Below are positions 36,104 to 45,873 of a DNA stretch of 61,044 nucleotides, one piece after another (position 1 is the first letter of the stretch; each line of letters begins with the position of its first letter). The notes beneath the pieces are model-generated. The model did no database searches. It saw only the letters and a list, made by a program, of their open reading frames with translations, and had not been told where the DNA came from. Made by a program: the position numbers and the translations under genes. This DNA comes from Mycobacteriales bacterium (GTDB taxonomy: Bacteria; Actinomycetota; Actinomycetes; Mycobacteriales; SCTD01): assembly GCA_046595615.1 (NCBI GenBank), contig JBKJOO010000041.1, positions 1 through 61,044 of the forward strand. The letters run 5' to 3'.

Positions 36104-36313
36104 CGGCTGCACCCCAGGCTGCGTAGCCGCTACTGGTCGGCCTACGCCTCGAGCTACGAGACCATCTGGGACTCCCCGCTCAGCGACCGCATCGCGGCGC
36201 AGGTGATCGACGCCCTGCCGGGTTGGGGCAGCGTGCTCATCCCCAAGCGCGTCATCCTCGTCCTCTCTACTTGTGCCAGGGTGTGCAGTGATGAGGGCTC
36301 CGGTCCGCGCTAG
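36104..36313 (+). pseudogene. possible 5' fragment of a SAM-dependent methyltransferase-like gene
   Basis: Frame reads RYWSAYASSYETIWDSPLSDRIAAQVIDALPGWGSVL.. with high GC3, then degenerates and stops. No start codon identified. Confidence 0.2.
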
Positions 36314-36333
36314 CGTGCGGCACCGGAGCCCTC
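36293..36333 (-). terminator. stem-loop ending the long minus-strand operon
   Basis: 12-bp perfect stem gagggctccggt / accggagccctc, immediately 3' of the WXG100 gene. Confidence 0.6.
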
Positions 36334-36338
36334 GACCG

Positions 36339-36611
36339 TCAGTGCGAGGAGACCTCGCGCTGCGCGGTCGCGTTGTTTAGCGCTGCCTGCCCGAGCCCGT
36401 CGATGGCGTGCATCGCCGTGGTCAGGGCGGGCTTGTGCTGGCTGGTCCACCAGCCGTGGAACTCGTGCGCGTCATTGCCGTCCCAGACCGAGATCGCCTG
36501 CTGGACGAGGCTGTCGATCTGCGAGATGAGGCCTTGCAGGTTGTGTGACTGAGACTTCAGTCCCCGGCCGACGGACTCGACCTCGTCGACATCCATTCCC
36601 AAGCGAGCCAT
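36339..36611 (-). CDS. WXG100 family (EsxA/EsxB-like) protein, 90 aa
   Basis: ~90 aa helical protein with a central W-D-G (VWDGNDA). Homologous to the N-terminal domain of the adjacent lipase protein. Confidence 0.8.
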   Translation of the reverse strand: MARLGMDVDEVESVGRGLKSQSHNLQGLISQIDSLVQQAISVWDGNDAHEFHGWWTSQHKPALTTAMHAIDGLGQAALNNATAQREVSSH

Positions 36612-36687
36612 GTGGAGTCCTTCCCGATGTTTCCTGATGACCCGCTGCGGGTCTGTCGTCCCATCCTGGCAACGCTCGGGCCAGACG

Positions 36688-37802
36688 TCATGACCCCTGT
36701 TCGGGGGACGCGATGGCCTGCTTCTCGAGCTCGCGCTCGATCGAGTTGAGGCTGTGGTCGGGACCCACTACGGACGCACCGACCCAGTCTTGGCGCCCCA
36801 ATGACCCTGGCACGGCGTCGAGGAGAGCCGCTGCGCCGCTCACGATCGACGGGGGACCGAATCCTGGTAGGGGCATCTGACGCTGCACCTCCGCCAACTT
36901 CTGGAGCAGGGTAAGCGGGTCGCTCTCGAGTGAGACGTTCACGATGTCCCCCTCCGCCTGGGACCTTGCCCTACTGAAGTCGCCCGTGACGTACGGCAGC
37001 AAGCTCACGTACTGCCCCTTGGCCCCCAGCGCGACCGCGAGCTCGCTGTTGCTAACCCCCGCTGCGTCGAACGTCACCGCCGGGCAACCTGTCGCAACAG
37101 AAGACACGGCCGCGAGGCGGCCGCCGAGGGAGTGCCCGGTGAAGGACACATGATCGGCACCTACGCTCTGCACAAGACCTTTGGCCAGCGTCACCGCCTC
37201 CTCAGTCTGCGTGGAGACATAGATTCCCCCGACCACGTCAGCGCCGACATCGGGGTTACCCAGCAGCCGAAGAAGAGCTTTCCGCTAGCCACACCCTGCG
37301 TGCCCGCGTAGCTGATGACGTAGTGCCCGGCGTCGTCGACGTAGATCCTTGCCTCGAAGCCCAACCGGGGGTCTTTTGTGGTGAGGCCCAGACGACGGAT
37401 CTCGTCATCGTCGAGACGATGGTAGCCGTCCACATCCGCCTGATCCCCGCGGGCGAGCGAGAGCATGTCACGGACAGGGGCCACCCGGGGCGTGGACGGC
37501 ACATTCTTCCTCCCCTTCGCGGACGACGCCCGCGAAGGGGACGAGACAGCGCGTTGCTCGTCGGCGTTCTTGCGGGCTGCACCGCTCAGCTGCACGACGT
37601 CGGCGGCTACGGTCGCGAGAATGGGCCTCGCTTGGTGCCAAGCTCGCGTCTGCTGCTCGGCGTCAGCACCCTCCCACAGCCCGCCACCGCGCACGATCCC
37701 GACGTCGACCGCGGCGATCAGGGCCTTGAGTCGCGATCCGGCAGCGCTGGGGGCATCAGCGATCGCGGCGACCCGATCAACGTCCATCCCCTCGGACGAC
37801 AT
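36688..37802 (-). pseudogene. WXG100-domain / class-3-lipase-like (GHSLGG) T7SS effector, split by a frame switch near nt ~37230-37260
   Basis: ORF 37191..37802 has N-terminal GMDVDRV...LWEGADA...NADEQRAVSS (WXG100-like), then ..GHYVISYAGTQG. ORF 36688..37236 continues GNPDVGADVVGGIYV...FTGHSLGGRLAA. TAG in the second frame lies just upstream of the junction. Confidence 0.65.
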
Positions 37803-37817
37803 GAGTTCCTTTCGATC

Positions 37818-40800
37818 TCAGGGGATTGCGATCTGGACGAGCTCGTGACGGCCCGACCGCACGAGATAGCCGCGCCCAGGCGGGAAGTCGCTGCGCCGAG
37901 TCCGGAACGGAAGCCTGGCGCCGAGCTGGTCCTGTCCGTCGCCGGCCTCGGGCTGCAGAAGAACGCCAACACGACTGGCGTTGAGCTGGGCCAAGAGCCC
38001 GTGCCGCCGGTACTGCCCGATCTCACCTTCGGACACGACGAGGCCGTTGCCCCGCACCAACAGCTTGACGAGGTCGGTCAGCGACTGCTCCGCCGGGCTC
38101 ATATCCCACTCCGCGACGTCCTCGACGACGAGTGTCACCTCGACGTCTACGCCCTCCGTGACGAGTTGCGTCAGCTCTCCGTCCAGGCGGAGCGCGAGGT
38201 CAATCGCCTCGTCGACGCCGACAGCCACCTCTGTCCAGCCCTCTGTGCGCGCGAGGGCCGAGCGACGGTGGGCAGTCACGAGGTAGCGCCGCAGCCTGGG
38301 GCGGACCCGGAGTGCGGCAAGGACGACCGCCTCGGCGGCTTCCGCACGCCCTGAACCCGGCGGACCCGCGACGAGGAAGGTCCCGGCCGGCGAGATCGCC
38401 ACCGGTCCCAGGGTCTCGGCGGAGAGGCCGATGGCCGCCTGGCCCCCCACGCTCGCCGGCAGCTGGCCAAGGCGCACGACCTGCGCCAACGCATGAACAG
38501 GCACCGCCTGGGGCCCAGCGATCTGGCCGAGATGTTTTGAGAGGTGGGAGACCTCCTCGGCCTGACTGGCGAGGTCGCTCCCGCCCAGCACGGCCACCTG
38601 CACCTCACGCCGGTCCCACACGCCTCGTCCCGCCGGCGACGACGAGCTCAGTAGGTCGGGCGGCACGTCGAGGCTGCGGTACTCCTCGGCGTCCGGCATC
38701 CTCAGCACGAGCGACTGCTGGACGGTCGCCGCGAGCTGAAACGGGATACCCGAGCCTCGGTCGGTGGTGGCGATCACGTGGACGCCGTAGGCTCTCCCGG
38801 ACGTGGCGACGCGGACCAGACCCGCCCATGTGCCGCCGCTGGCGTCGTTCTCGTAGGCCGAGTAGAACGCCCCGATCCCGTCGATCATCAGCAGCATGCG
38901 GGGCTCATGCGGCTCACCGGCACCCTCCCGGTACTCGCCCAGAGAGCTGGCCTCTACCTGCGCGTACCGAGTGGCGCGCTCCTCGACCACGACATCGAGC
39001 CAGTCGACGAGGCGGCGCACGCGCTCGTCCTCCGAGCCCGCGATCACTGCACCGACATGCGGCAGCTTCTCGAGCAAGGTGAGGCCACGGGCCGCGAAGT
39101 CCAAGGCGTAGACATGGCAAGGCGCCTCACCGAAGGTCAGCCCCGCCGCCACCGCGATGGTGCGCAAGAACGTGCTCTTCCCACTCCCGCTCGCCCCGTA
39201 GACCGCGAGATTCCCCAGCTCGGGGTCGTAGGCGACGGGCCGCTGCTCCTGGGCGCCCGGATCGTCCAGCAGGCCGAAGATGAGCCGGCGGTCGCTCCCC
39301 GACATTGGCAGGTCGGCGCGCAGGTGAACGTGGTCCGCGAGGGCCGGCAACCACGGCTTGCGCGGCGTCGGAAGGACGGCCAGCCGGTGTGCCTGCGTGA
39401 TGCGAGCGACGACCTTCACCAGGTCTGTCGGCCCGCTCTGCTCGTCGTTGAGCTGCTCGGTCTGCGGCAGCTCCCAGACCACACCGGGATCCACCTTGAG
39501 CTCGGCGACGGCGATGTCCGGTTGCACGGGCCCCTGACCGGACCGTCCGCCGACGTACGCCGTCTGGAAGGGCACGAGCCGACCCGCGCCGCTCTTGCTC
39601 ATCGCCCGTCCTGGAACGTCCTGGTCGAAGAACGCGGCGTCGGGGGTCCCGAGCACGTCTGTCGAGTCGCTCTCGTCGGCGACCCTGAGAGCCACGCGTA
39701 GGTTCGTGTTGGCGCGCAGGTTGTCCTTGATCACCCCGGCCGGACGCTGGGTGGCGAGGACGAGGTGCAACCCGAGCGAGCGCCCACGCTGGGCGACGTT
39801 GACCACGCCCTCGACGAACTCAGGCACCTCCTGCACCAGGGCGGCGAACTCGTCGACGACGATGACCAGGCTCGGAGGCGCCTGGGGGTCTCCGGACCGT
39901 TCGAGGGTGATGAGATCTTTGGCCTTACCCCGCTCGCGCAGCAGCCTTTCCCGATAGGTCAGCTCGGCGCGTAGCGAGTCCAAGGCTCGACGTACCCCGT
40001 GCGGGTCGAGGTCCGTGACCAGCCCCACGGTGTGGGGGAGCTCGGCGCACTCGGCGAATGCCGAGCCTCCCTTGTAGTCAATGAGCAAGAAGGTGAGCCG
40101 CTGCGGGCTGTGGCTTGCGGCCATCGACAGGATCCAGGTCTGCAGCAGCTCGGACTTGCCCGATCCCGTCGTGCCGCCGACCAGGGCGTGAGGCCCGTCG
40201 GCGCGCAGGTCGACAGTAAGCAGCTCGGCCCCCCGCATGCCGATGGCGGCCCGCAGCGAACCCGCACGCCGGGCCGGCTCCGCCGGTGCCATCGGCCCGG
40301 TGAGCAGCGACTGCGACTGCAGCCACCGCTCGACGACCGGCTCCGGCCCGTCGGCGAGCTGCTCGTGGCCCGCCATAGCGAGGAAGGGGACGCTGCGGGG
40401 CAGGTCAGTGGCGTCCTCGGCGAGCGCCCCGAGGTCGGTGACGGGCGAGAGCGATCGCGCCACAGCCAGGGCGACCTCCGCCGAGACGGTGTCGAGCTCG
40501 ACCGGGGTCGTCACCTCGCGCTGGCCGACGTACCCCACGCTCCCGGTGGTGAGGGACTCGACGACCGTGAAGGTGCGGCACGCGGCCGGGAGCTGGTCGA
40601 GGTCGGGGGCCAGCCAGAGGACGTGAACCCCACGCCTCCACCCGTGCTCGGCGAGCTCCGACAGCCGAGCGAAGTCGGCCGGGCAGTCCCCTTCCACGAG
40701 CACGGTGATGGAGTGCGCGGGTCGAGCCGCTTGCGCGGCGTCGGCCGCCTCGGTGCGCTCCCCGACGAGGGTCTCCAGCTCGGAGAGCAGGGCAGCGCAG

Positions 40801-42212
40801 GAGGCCGGACTGGACGCCAACGGGAAACGCGCGAAGGGCGAGTACACCGAGCCCACGTGCGGCAGCCACTTGACCCAGTCCCAGTCGGCCGCAGTGCGGG
40901 TCGAGGCGAGGACGGCGATGCTCAGCACCCCGGGCGTGTGCAGGGTGGCCTCCTGGAGCAGCAGCGCGCGCATGTGCGCGAGGGCCGCCGACCGGGCCCC
41001 TGCCACGCCGACCGCGCCATCCTTCTCGAGACGGGCGACGACGGGAACCCCGTGGACCACAGCGAGCGGGAGCAGGACGGCGAGCGTCTCGGATGCCAGT
41101 TCCCGTGGGGCGCGCTTGAGCTCTGGTGGCTTCACCGTCGTGCGCGAGGCGGCGGAACCGAGGCCCAGCCGCAGCTCGAGGTGACCCAGCTCGCCCGGAC
41201 GACGGCTCCACAGCAGCGCGCCACGCGCTCGGGCGGCCTGCGCCGCCTCGACGGCCGCTGGGTGCTCGAGCAGGCGGACAGCGACCTCGTCGACGTGGGC
41301 GGCCTCGACCTGGCTACGCAACCCCTCAAGGTCGTCGCGATACGACGCCAGGGACTGCTTTCCCAGCCGACCCGCCTGACGTCGCTGCTCGATCGCGCTG
41401 CCCGCGAGCATGAGCGGGCTGAGCCCGGCCAGGAGCAGTGACGCCGGGTTCTTCGTCGTCCAGTACAGGACGCCGGCCATGAGCAGGGGCGCGAAGAGCA
41501 TCACCCAGGGGAACGGAGCGCGGCGCTGACGCTCCGGCACGTCGGGCGCCTCGAACGAGAGGCCTTCGCAGTACGGGGGCACCACGGGCTGTCGGATGAA
41601 GCCGACCGAGCCGGAGTCGATCCGGCCGGCCGTCTCGGGTGCGTGAAGCAAGCGGATGGACAGCACGGTGTCACCGAGCCGCACGCGGTCGCTCGCTCTC
41701 AGCGAGGCGCGTGTGGTCTGGACGTCGTTGATCTCCAGGCCATTGGCCGACCCGAGATCGATGACTTCGACCTCGGAGGTGACGTTGATCCGGGCGTGCT
41801 GTCGCGACACCAGAGGGTCGTCGAGGAGTACCTCGCAGCCGGCGAGACGCCCCACCACGTTGGCGCCGCTGCCGAGGGGGTACTCGCGACCCCGATCCGG
41901 GCCGTCCACCACCGTGGCGGTCGCCACTGCGTCGCGCTCGCCGGGGCGATAGGCCTGGCTGGCCGGTAGGAGCGAGATCCGGGCGCCTGAGCGCAGCGGG
42001 CTGTCGGCGAGAGCCGTTCGCGGGTCGAGGTGGCGAGGTGCGTCGGAGATGAGCGCCACCGTCAGCGGCCCGGAAGCAGGGGTGGAGCGGCGGCCGGGGT
42101 CGACCGCCGCGAGGCGGTCCGCCAGGGCTCCGACGGTGCAGGTCGCGTCCGTGGTCACCTCGACATCCACGGGTGACCCGCCAGACCGTTCGAGAGTCAG
42201 CTTGATCCTCAC
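37818..42212 (-). CDS. FHA-domain EccC/EssC-like triple FtsK/SpoIIIE ATPase (1464 aa)
   Basis: N-terminal beta-grasp-like segment. FHA (VVGRLAGCEVLLDDPLVSRQHARI..DLGSANGLEINDV, ~41700-41860). TM helices. P-loops GGTTGSGKSE, GASGSGKST and degenerate GPPGSGRAE. Confidence 0.85.
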   Translation of the reverse strand: MRIKLTLERSGGSPVDVEVTTDATCTVGALADRLAAVDPGRRSTPASGPLTVALISDAPRHLDPRTALADSPLRSGARISLLPASQAYRPGERDAVATATVVDGPDRGREYPLGSGANVVGRLAGCEVLLDDPLVSRQHARINVTSEVEVIDLGSANGLEINDVQTTRASLRASDRVRLGDTVLSIRLLHAPETAGRIDSGSVGFIRQPVVPPYCEGLSFEAPDVPERQRRAPFPWVMLFAPLLMAGVLYWTTKNPASLLLAGLSPLMLAGSAIEQRRQAGRLGKQSLASYRDDLEGLRSQVEAAHVDEVAVRLLEHPAAVEAAQAARARGALLWSRRPGELGHLELRLGLGSAASRTTVKPPELKRAPRELASETLAVLLPLAVVHGVPVVARLEKDGAVGVAGARSAALAHMRALLLQEATLHTPGVLSIAVLASTRTAADWDWVKWLPHVGSVYSPFARFPLASSPASCAALLSELETLVGERTEAADAAQAARPAHSITVLVEGDCPADFARLSELAEHGWRRGVHVLWLAPDLDQLPAACRTFTVVESLTTGSVGYVGQREVTTPVELDTVSAEVALAVARSLSPVTDLGALAEDATDLPRSVPFLAMAGHEQLADGPEPVVERWLQSQSLLTGPMAPAEPARRAGSLRAAIGMRGAELLTVDLRADGPHALVGGTTGSGKSELLQTWILSMAASHSPQRLTFLLIDYKGGSAFAECAELPHTVGLVTDLDPHGVRRALDSLRAELTYRERLLRERGKAKDLITLERSGDPQAPPSLVIVVDEFAALVQEVPEFVEGVVNVAQRGRSLGLHLVLATQRPAGVIKDNLRANTNLRVALRVADESDSTDVLGTPDAAFFDQDVPGRAMSKSGAGRLVPFQTAYVGGRSGQGPVQPDIAVAELKVDPGVVWELPQTEQLNDEQSGPTDLVKVVARITQAHRLAVLPTPRKPWLPALADHVHLRADLPMSGSDRRLIFGLLDDPGAQEQRPVAYDPELGNLAVYGASGSGKSTFLRTIAVAAGLTFGEAPCHVYALDFAARGLTLLEKLPHVGAVIAGSEDERVRRLVDWLDVVVEERATRYAQVEASSLGEYREGAGEPHEPRMLLMIDGIGAFYSAYENDASGGTWAGLVRVATSGRAYGVHVIATTDRGSGIPFQLAATVQQSLVLRMPDAEEYRSLDVPPDLLSSSSPAGRGVWDRREVQVAVLGGSDLASQAEEVSHLSKHLGQIAGPQAVPVHALAQVVRLGQLPASVGGQAAIGLSAETLGPVAISPAGTFLVAGPPGSGRAEAAEAVVLAALRVRPRLRRYLVTAHRRSALARTEGWTEVAVGVDEAIDLALRLDGELTQLVTEGVDVEVTLVVEDVAEWDMSPAEQSLTDLVKLLVRGNGLVVSEGEIGQYRRHGLLAQLNASRVGVLLQPEAGDGQDQLGARLPFRTRRSDFPPGRGYLVRSGRHELVQIAIP

Positions 42213-44578
42213 GGGGTCACCTCACGACGCCGGGTCCATGGCGTCGCTCGCCGAGCGCGAGCCGGGGATAGCTGCTCGACCGGACGTCGATCCCGGGCGA
42301 GCAACCCACGCAACGACAGGGGAGCAGCCACTCGGCGGACCCGGCCGGTGGCCTTGGCGAGCGACCGACCGGCGGCGCGCGTCTGCTGCCAGTACGACGA
42401 CACCTCGTCCTCGCTGGGCTGTCCCCATCCGAACACGGCGGCGTCGGCTTCCTGCGCGAGGCGGTGGCCACCTACTACATCGGCCTGCTGCTGGCGGGTG
42501 AGGCCGGCAGGCACGTCGTACCCGAGGTCGCGGGCCCGATCGACGTAGTCGCGCCACCCCTGCGCCAACCGTCTGGCAGGAGCACCGCGGCGGCGGCGAC
42601 GCCGTCGCCTGACCCCGCGGATGGCGGCGAGCACGACCCCGGCAGTGAGCAGCAACAGCGGGAGGACGAGAGCGTAGAGCAGCCAGACCGGTGGCGCCCA
42701 GGCGACGTTGGGTCGGTCGCTGGTCGTCCGGCTTGAGGCGCCGTGCGTGTCCGAGGTGGCCTCCAGGGCTCCGGGTGGCCGCTGCGCGTTCGGTGGGGGG
42801 ACGACCGCCGCGTTCTCGTCGACGTTGGGCGGCGGTGGCTGTTGCGTGGCGTGCTTGTCTCGATCGGGGGTGAAGATCGAGTACGGCATGGCGTACCAGC
42901 CTCCGTCGGTTGCTTGCAGCTCAACCCACGCATGGACGTCCTGACCTCTCACAGCTCCACCCGCCGGCATCTCGGCGCCCAGCACCACGCGGGCCGGAAC
43001 TCCGAGGTAGCTGGCCGCCAGGGCGAACGTCGCAGCGTACTGCTCGTCATTGCCGACCAGCTGCTGTCCCGCCACGAAGCGGGTCAGGCGTCCGACCCCA
43101 TGACCGGGAAGGTACTGCGTCTCCCCAGAGGCAGTGCCGTCGGTGTAAGCGCCGGAGCTGCGCATGAAGGCGGCTACTGCCTGGAGCTGCGCCCACGTCG
43201 TCGGCTTCTTGGCCACCCATTTCTGGATCTGTGGGGCGAGGAAGGCGAAGGTGGTGGGGTCCACCTGACTCCCGCCGGCGAGGTCCAGTTGGCGGGGGGC
43301 AACTGGCACCGACCGTCCCTGCAGGCTAACGACGTCGCCCGACTGGAGCCGTCCAGGGGCCACCGCCTGGCTCGTCGAGGGGTCATAGCGCAGCGTGTCG
43401 CCAAGGGTCGACCGATCGGCATGGGTGACCTGCAGATCCTCCAGCGCTCCAACGCCCGGCACCCAGACGTCGAGGTCGGACACGCCCGCGAAGGCCGGCT
43501 CGATAGTCATCGACACGTTGACGGGGGGACCCGAGTTGGTCGCCAGACTGGGGTCGATCTGTCGACCCACCTTGCGGAAGGCGGTCGTCGTCAGGTCGGA
43601 CGGGTTACCCGCCCCCCACGCGGTGCCGGAGTAGCGAGTCAGGACGGCGAAGCGCACCAACCCCCCTGGTGGTAGCCCCTGCACCTGCAACAGCTTCTGG
43701 TCCCAGAGCAGCTTGACACCCTTGGTGTACCGGCGAAACCCGACGAGTGGCGAGGGGTACTGGGTGATGTCGAACGGGGGTTGGACGTAGGTGCGCAGGA
43801 TTTGGCGGGCACCGGTCGATGGCATCAGCGGGTCGCCGAGGGCGAACGCCCCGGCGGCGGCCCCGGCGATGAGTAGGACCGCAACCACGCGACGGCCCAC
43901 CAGGCCCGCGCCCGATGCGATGAGATGCACCGAGCGCTCGCGGCGCGCCACCGCCCAGAGGAAAGCCACGAGCGCGAAGCCGAGTCCCTGGACGAGAACC
44001 GCTGCTGGCGTAAGCGTGCCGAGTGCCACTACCGCCACCGCCAGTCCTGCCGGTACGGGTAGCGGGGCCCAGGCTCGGGCTGTCCATCGGGCGAGGGCGA
44101 AGCCCGCCGCCCCGGTGAGCAGACCCAAGAGGTAGGGCAACACGAGGAGCTGCCCGGCGCCGTCCACCGGGGGGAGTGTGGTCAGCATCTCCTTCCACCC
44201 CGACACGGCAGTCTGTGCGAGCACGGCGAGCACGCCTCGGGTGGGGAGGACGCTGGCGAGCGCATCTCCGCGGACCGCGACCGCCCCACCTAGGAGAAAG
44301 TAGACGGCGGCACTCATCAGCGCGAGGACGAGCCACGGGCGTCGTACGCGCGTTGCGAGGTGGGCGACCGCGAGACCCAGGAGGAGGCCCGCCGACCCGA
44401 CGGCGAGGAAGCGCCAGTCGTCGAAGGTCGTTCGGAATCCTAAGAGCGCGATGACCCCGAGGAGGAGCAGGTAGCCCCCGTCGACGAGGTCGTGACGGTC
44501 GGGGCGGGCGGTCAGCGCGGCAAGCGGGCGGGTCGCCGAACCCCCCGCTCGTGCGGGGGCTGAGGCTGCGGCGCTCAC
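42209..44578 (-). CDS. TgpA-like transglutaminase-fold membrane protein (DUF3488 + TGase core + DUF4129-like tail)
   Basis: Multi-TM N-terminus. Core ..QLVGNDEQYAATFALAASYLGVPARVV..DVHAWVE... C-terminal TM + RRRRRRR + helical tail. 4-nt overlaps on both sides. Confidence 0.75.
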   Translation of the reverse strand: MSAAASAPARAGGSATRPLAALTARPDRHDLVDGGYLLLLGVIALLGFRTTFDDWRFLAVGSAGLLLGLAVAHLATRVRRPWLVLALMSAAVYFLLGGAVAVRGDALASVLPTRGVLAVLAQTAVSGWKEMLTTLPPVDGAGQLLVLPYLLGLLTGAAGFALARWTARAWAPLPVPAGLAVAVVALGTLTPAAVLVQGLGFALVAFLWAVARRERSVHLIASGAGLVGRRVVAVLLIAGAAAGAFALGDPLMPSTGARQILRTYVQPPFDITQYPSPLVGFRRYTKGVKLLWDQKLLQVQGLPPGGLVRFAVLTRYSGTAWGAGNPSDLTTTAFRKVGRQIDPSLATNSGPPVNVSMTIEPAFAGVSDLDVWVPGVGALEDLQVTHADRSTLGDTLRYDPSTSQAVAPGRLQSGDVVSLQGRSVPVAPRQLDLAGGSQVDPTTFAFLAPQIQKWVAKKPTTWAQLQAVAAFMRSSGAYTDGTASGETQYLPGHGVGRLTRFVAGQQLVGNDEQYAATFALAASYLGVPARVVLGAEMPAGGAVRGQDVHAWVELQATDGGWYAMPYSIFTPDRDKHATQQPPPPNVDENAAVVPPPNAQRPPGALEATSDTHGASSRTTSDRPNVAWAPPVWLLYALVLPLLLLTAGVVLAAIRGVRRRRRRRRGAPARRLAQGWRDYVDRARDLGYDVPAGLTRQQQADVVGGHRLAQEADAAVFGWGQPSEDEVSSYWQQTRAAGRSLAKATGRVRRVAAPLSLRGLLARDRRPVEQLSPARARRATPWTRRREVTP

Positions 44579-45867
44579 GACGTGGACACCCGCCCCGATA
44601 GGGCGGCTGGCAGGTCCGGTAGCGATCCCACGCTGACGACGGTGGTGCCTCCGGCCCGGTGGACGGTGGGTGGTGAGCCCGCCTCGACCCGAACGCCGAC
44701 CACGTTCACCGACGGGCCGAAAAGTCGCGCGGCCCGGTGCACCGAGGTAAACGGCGTCAGCGGCCCCACCACGAGCAGCGCGGCGCTGATGCCTGGGGCC
44801 CGACGCGTGAGGCGCGCGGCCACCGCCTCGAGACTCGCTTCCCCTGGCGAGACTCGCGCGTAGAGGTCGAGCCCCGTGGCCCGCGAGGGGAGGGTGACGA
44901 CGGCGTCACCGGCCGCGTGGCTGAGGTCCTGCCCGTCCTGCTGCGCTCGACGGGCGACGGACGCTGCCACGCTGACCGCGAGCTCGAACTCGTCATCCTC
45001 GGTGTATGACGAGGTGCGCGTGTCGAGGGCGACGCCGATGTGGGAGCGACGGGTGTCGACGAACTGGCGGACGAGGAAGGTGTCCAGACCGCTGAGGGAG
45101 GAGCGCTTGGCGCTGGAAGCCCAATGGATGTGTCGCCGGTCGTCGCCGGGCGCGTATTCCCGCAGGGTATGGAACGACAGGTCGCTGGCCGAGATGTGGC
45201 TGGTGGTGTGACCCTCGAGATCCTTCAGCAGCCCGGACTCCAGCGGCTGCAGGCCGACCAGCCGTGGCCACACGATCAGCTCCGTCGGCTCGGTCAGCGC
45301 TACCTGGCGCGCGACGATGCCGAAGGGGTCGCCGCGGCGGGTGACGGCCGGACCGACGACGAGGACGCCTCGGCGATCGGTCGGCATGACAAGCACTTCC
45401 TCCCAGGTTGCGGCGTGTCCGAGGGCCGACAGGGCGAAACGGGTCACGCCCTGACCAGTGGGCAGGTCGAGGGTCGAGGGCAGTACAGGCCTCCTGCCCG
45501 GGTTACGCACGGCGACGCGCAAGATCGACGGCGACCCGACGCCCACCCGAGTGGGGTCGAGCACGGTCGTGACGTCCAGTTGTGTCCGGCCGATGGTCAG
45601 CAGGCAGGAGAGGGCGAACAGCACGACAAGGGCCGAGGCTGCGTACCCGAGCTCCTGCCAGCCCAGCAGCCGAAGCCCGACTGCACAGCCCAAGGCGGCG
45701 ACCAGGACGGACCAGCCGGTGGCGGAGACGCAAGCGAGAACGCGCCCTACCGGCGCAGTGAGCGGAGACAGAAGCTCGCTCCAGTCGGCGACGGTACGTC
45801 GCAACGCCTCTCTGACATCGCGAAAGAGGCGACGTGCGTGGATGGCGGGGCTCTGCTCGGCGGACAC
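44575..45867 (-). CDS. DUF58 (vWA-like) protein
   Basis: Two N-terminal TM helices. LREYAPGDDRRHIHW signature. Sits between the MoxR and TGase genes. Confidence 0.8.
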   Translation of the reverse strand: MSAEQSPAIHARRLFRDVREALRRTVADWSELLSPLTAPVGRVLACVSATGWSVLVAALGCAVGLRLLGWQELGYAASALVVLFALSCLLTIGRTQLDVTTVLDPTRVGVGSPSILRVAVRNPGRRPVLPSTLDLPTGQGVTRFALSALGHAATWEEVLVMPTDRRGVLVVGPAVTRRGDPFGIVARQVALTEPTELIVWPRLVGLQPLESGLLKDLEGHTTSHISASDLSFHTLREYAPGDDRRHIHWASSAKRSSLSGLDTFLVRQFVDTRRSHIGVALDTRTSSYTEDDEFELAVSVAASVARRAQQDGQDLSHAAGDAVVTLPSRATGLDLYARVSPGEASLEAVAARLTRRAPGISAALLVVGPLTPFTSVHRAARLFGPSVNVVGVRVEAGSPPTVHRAGGTTVVSVGSLPDLPAALSGRVSTS

Positions 45868-45873
45868 GTCAGG

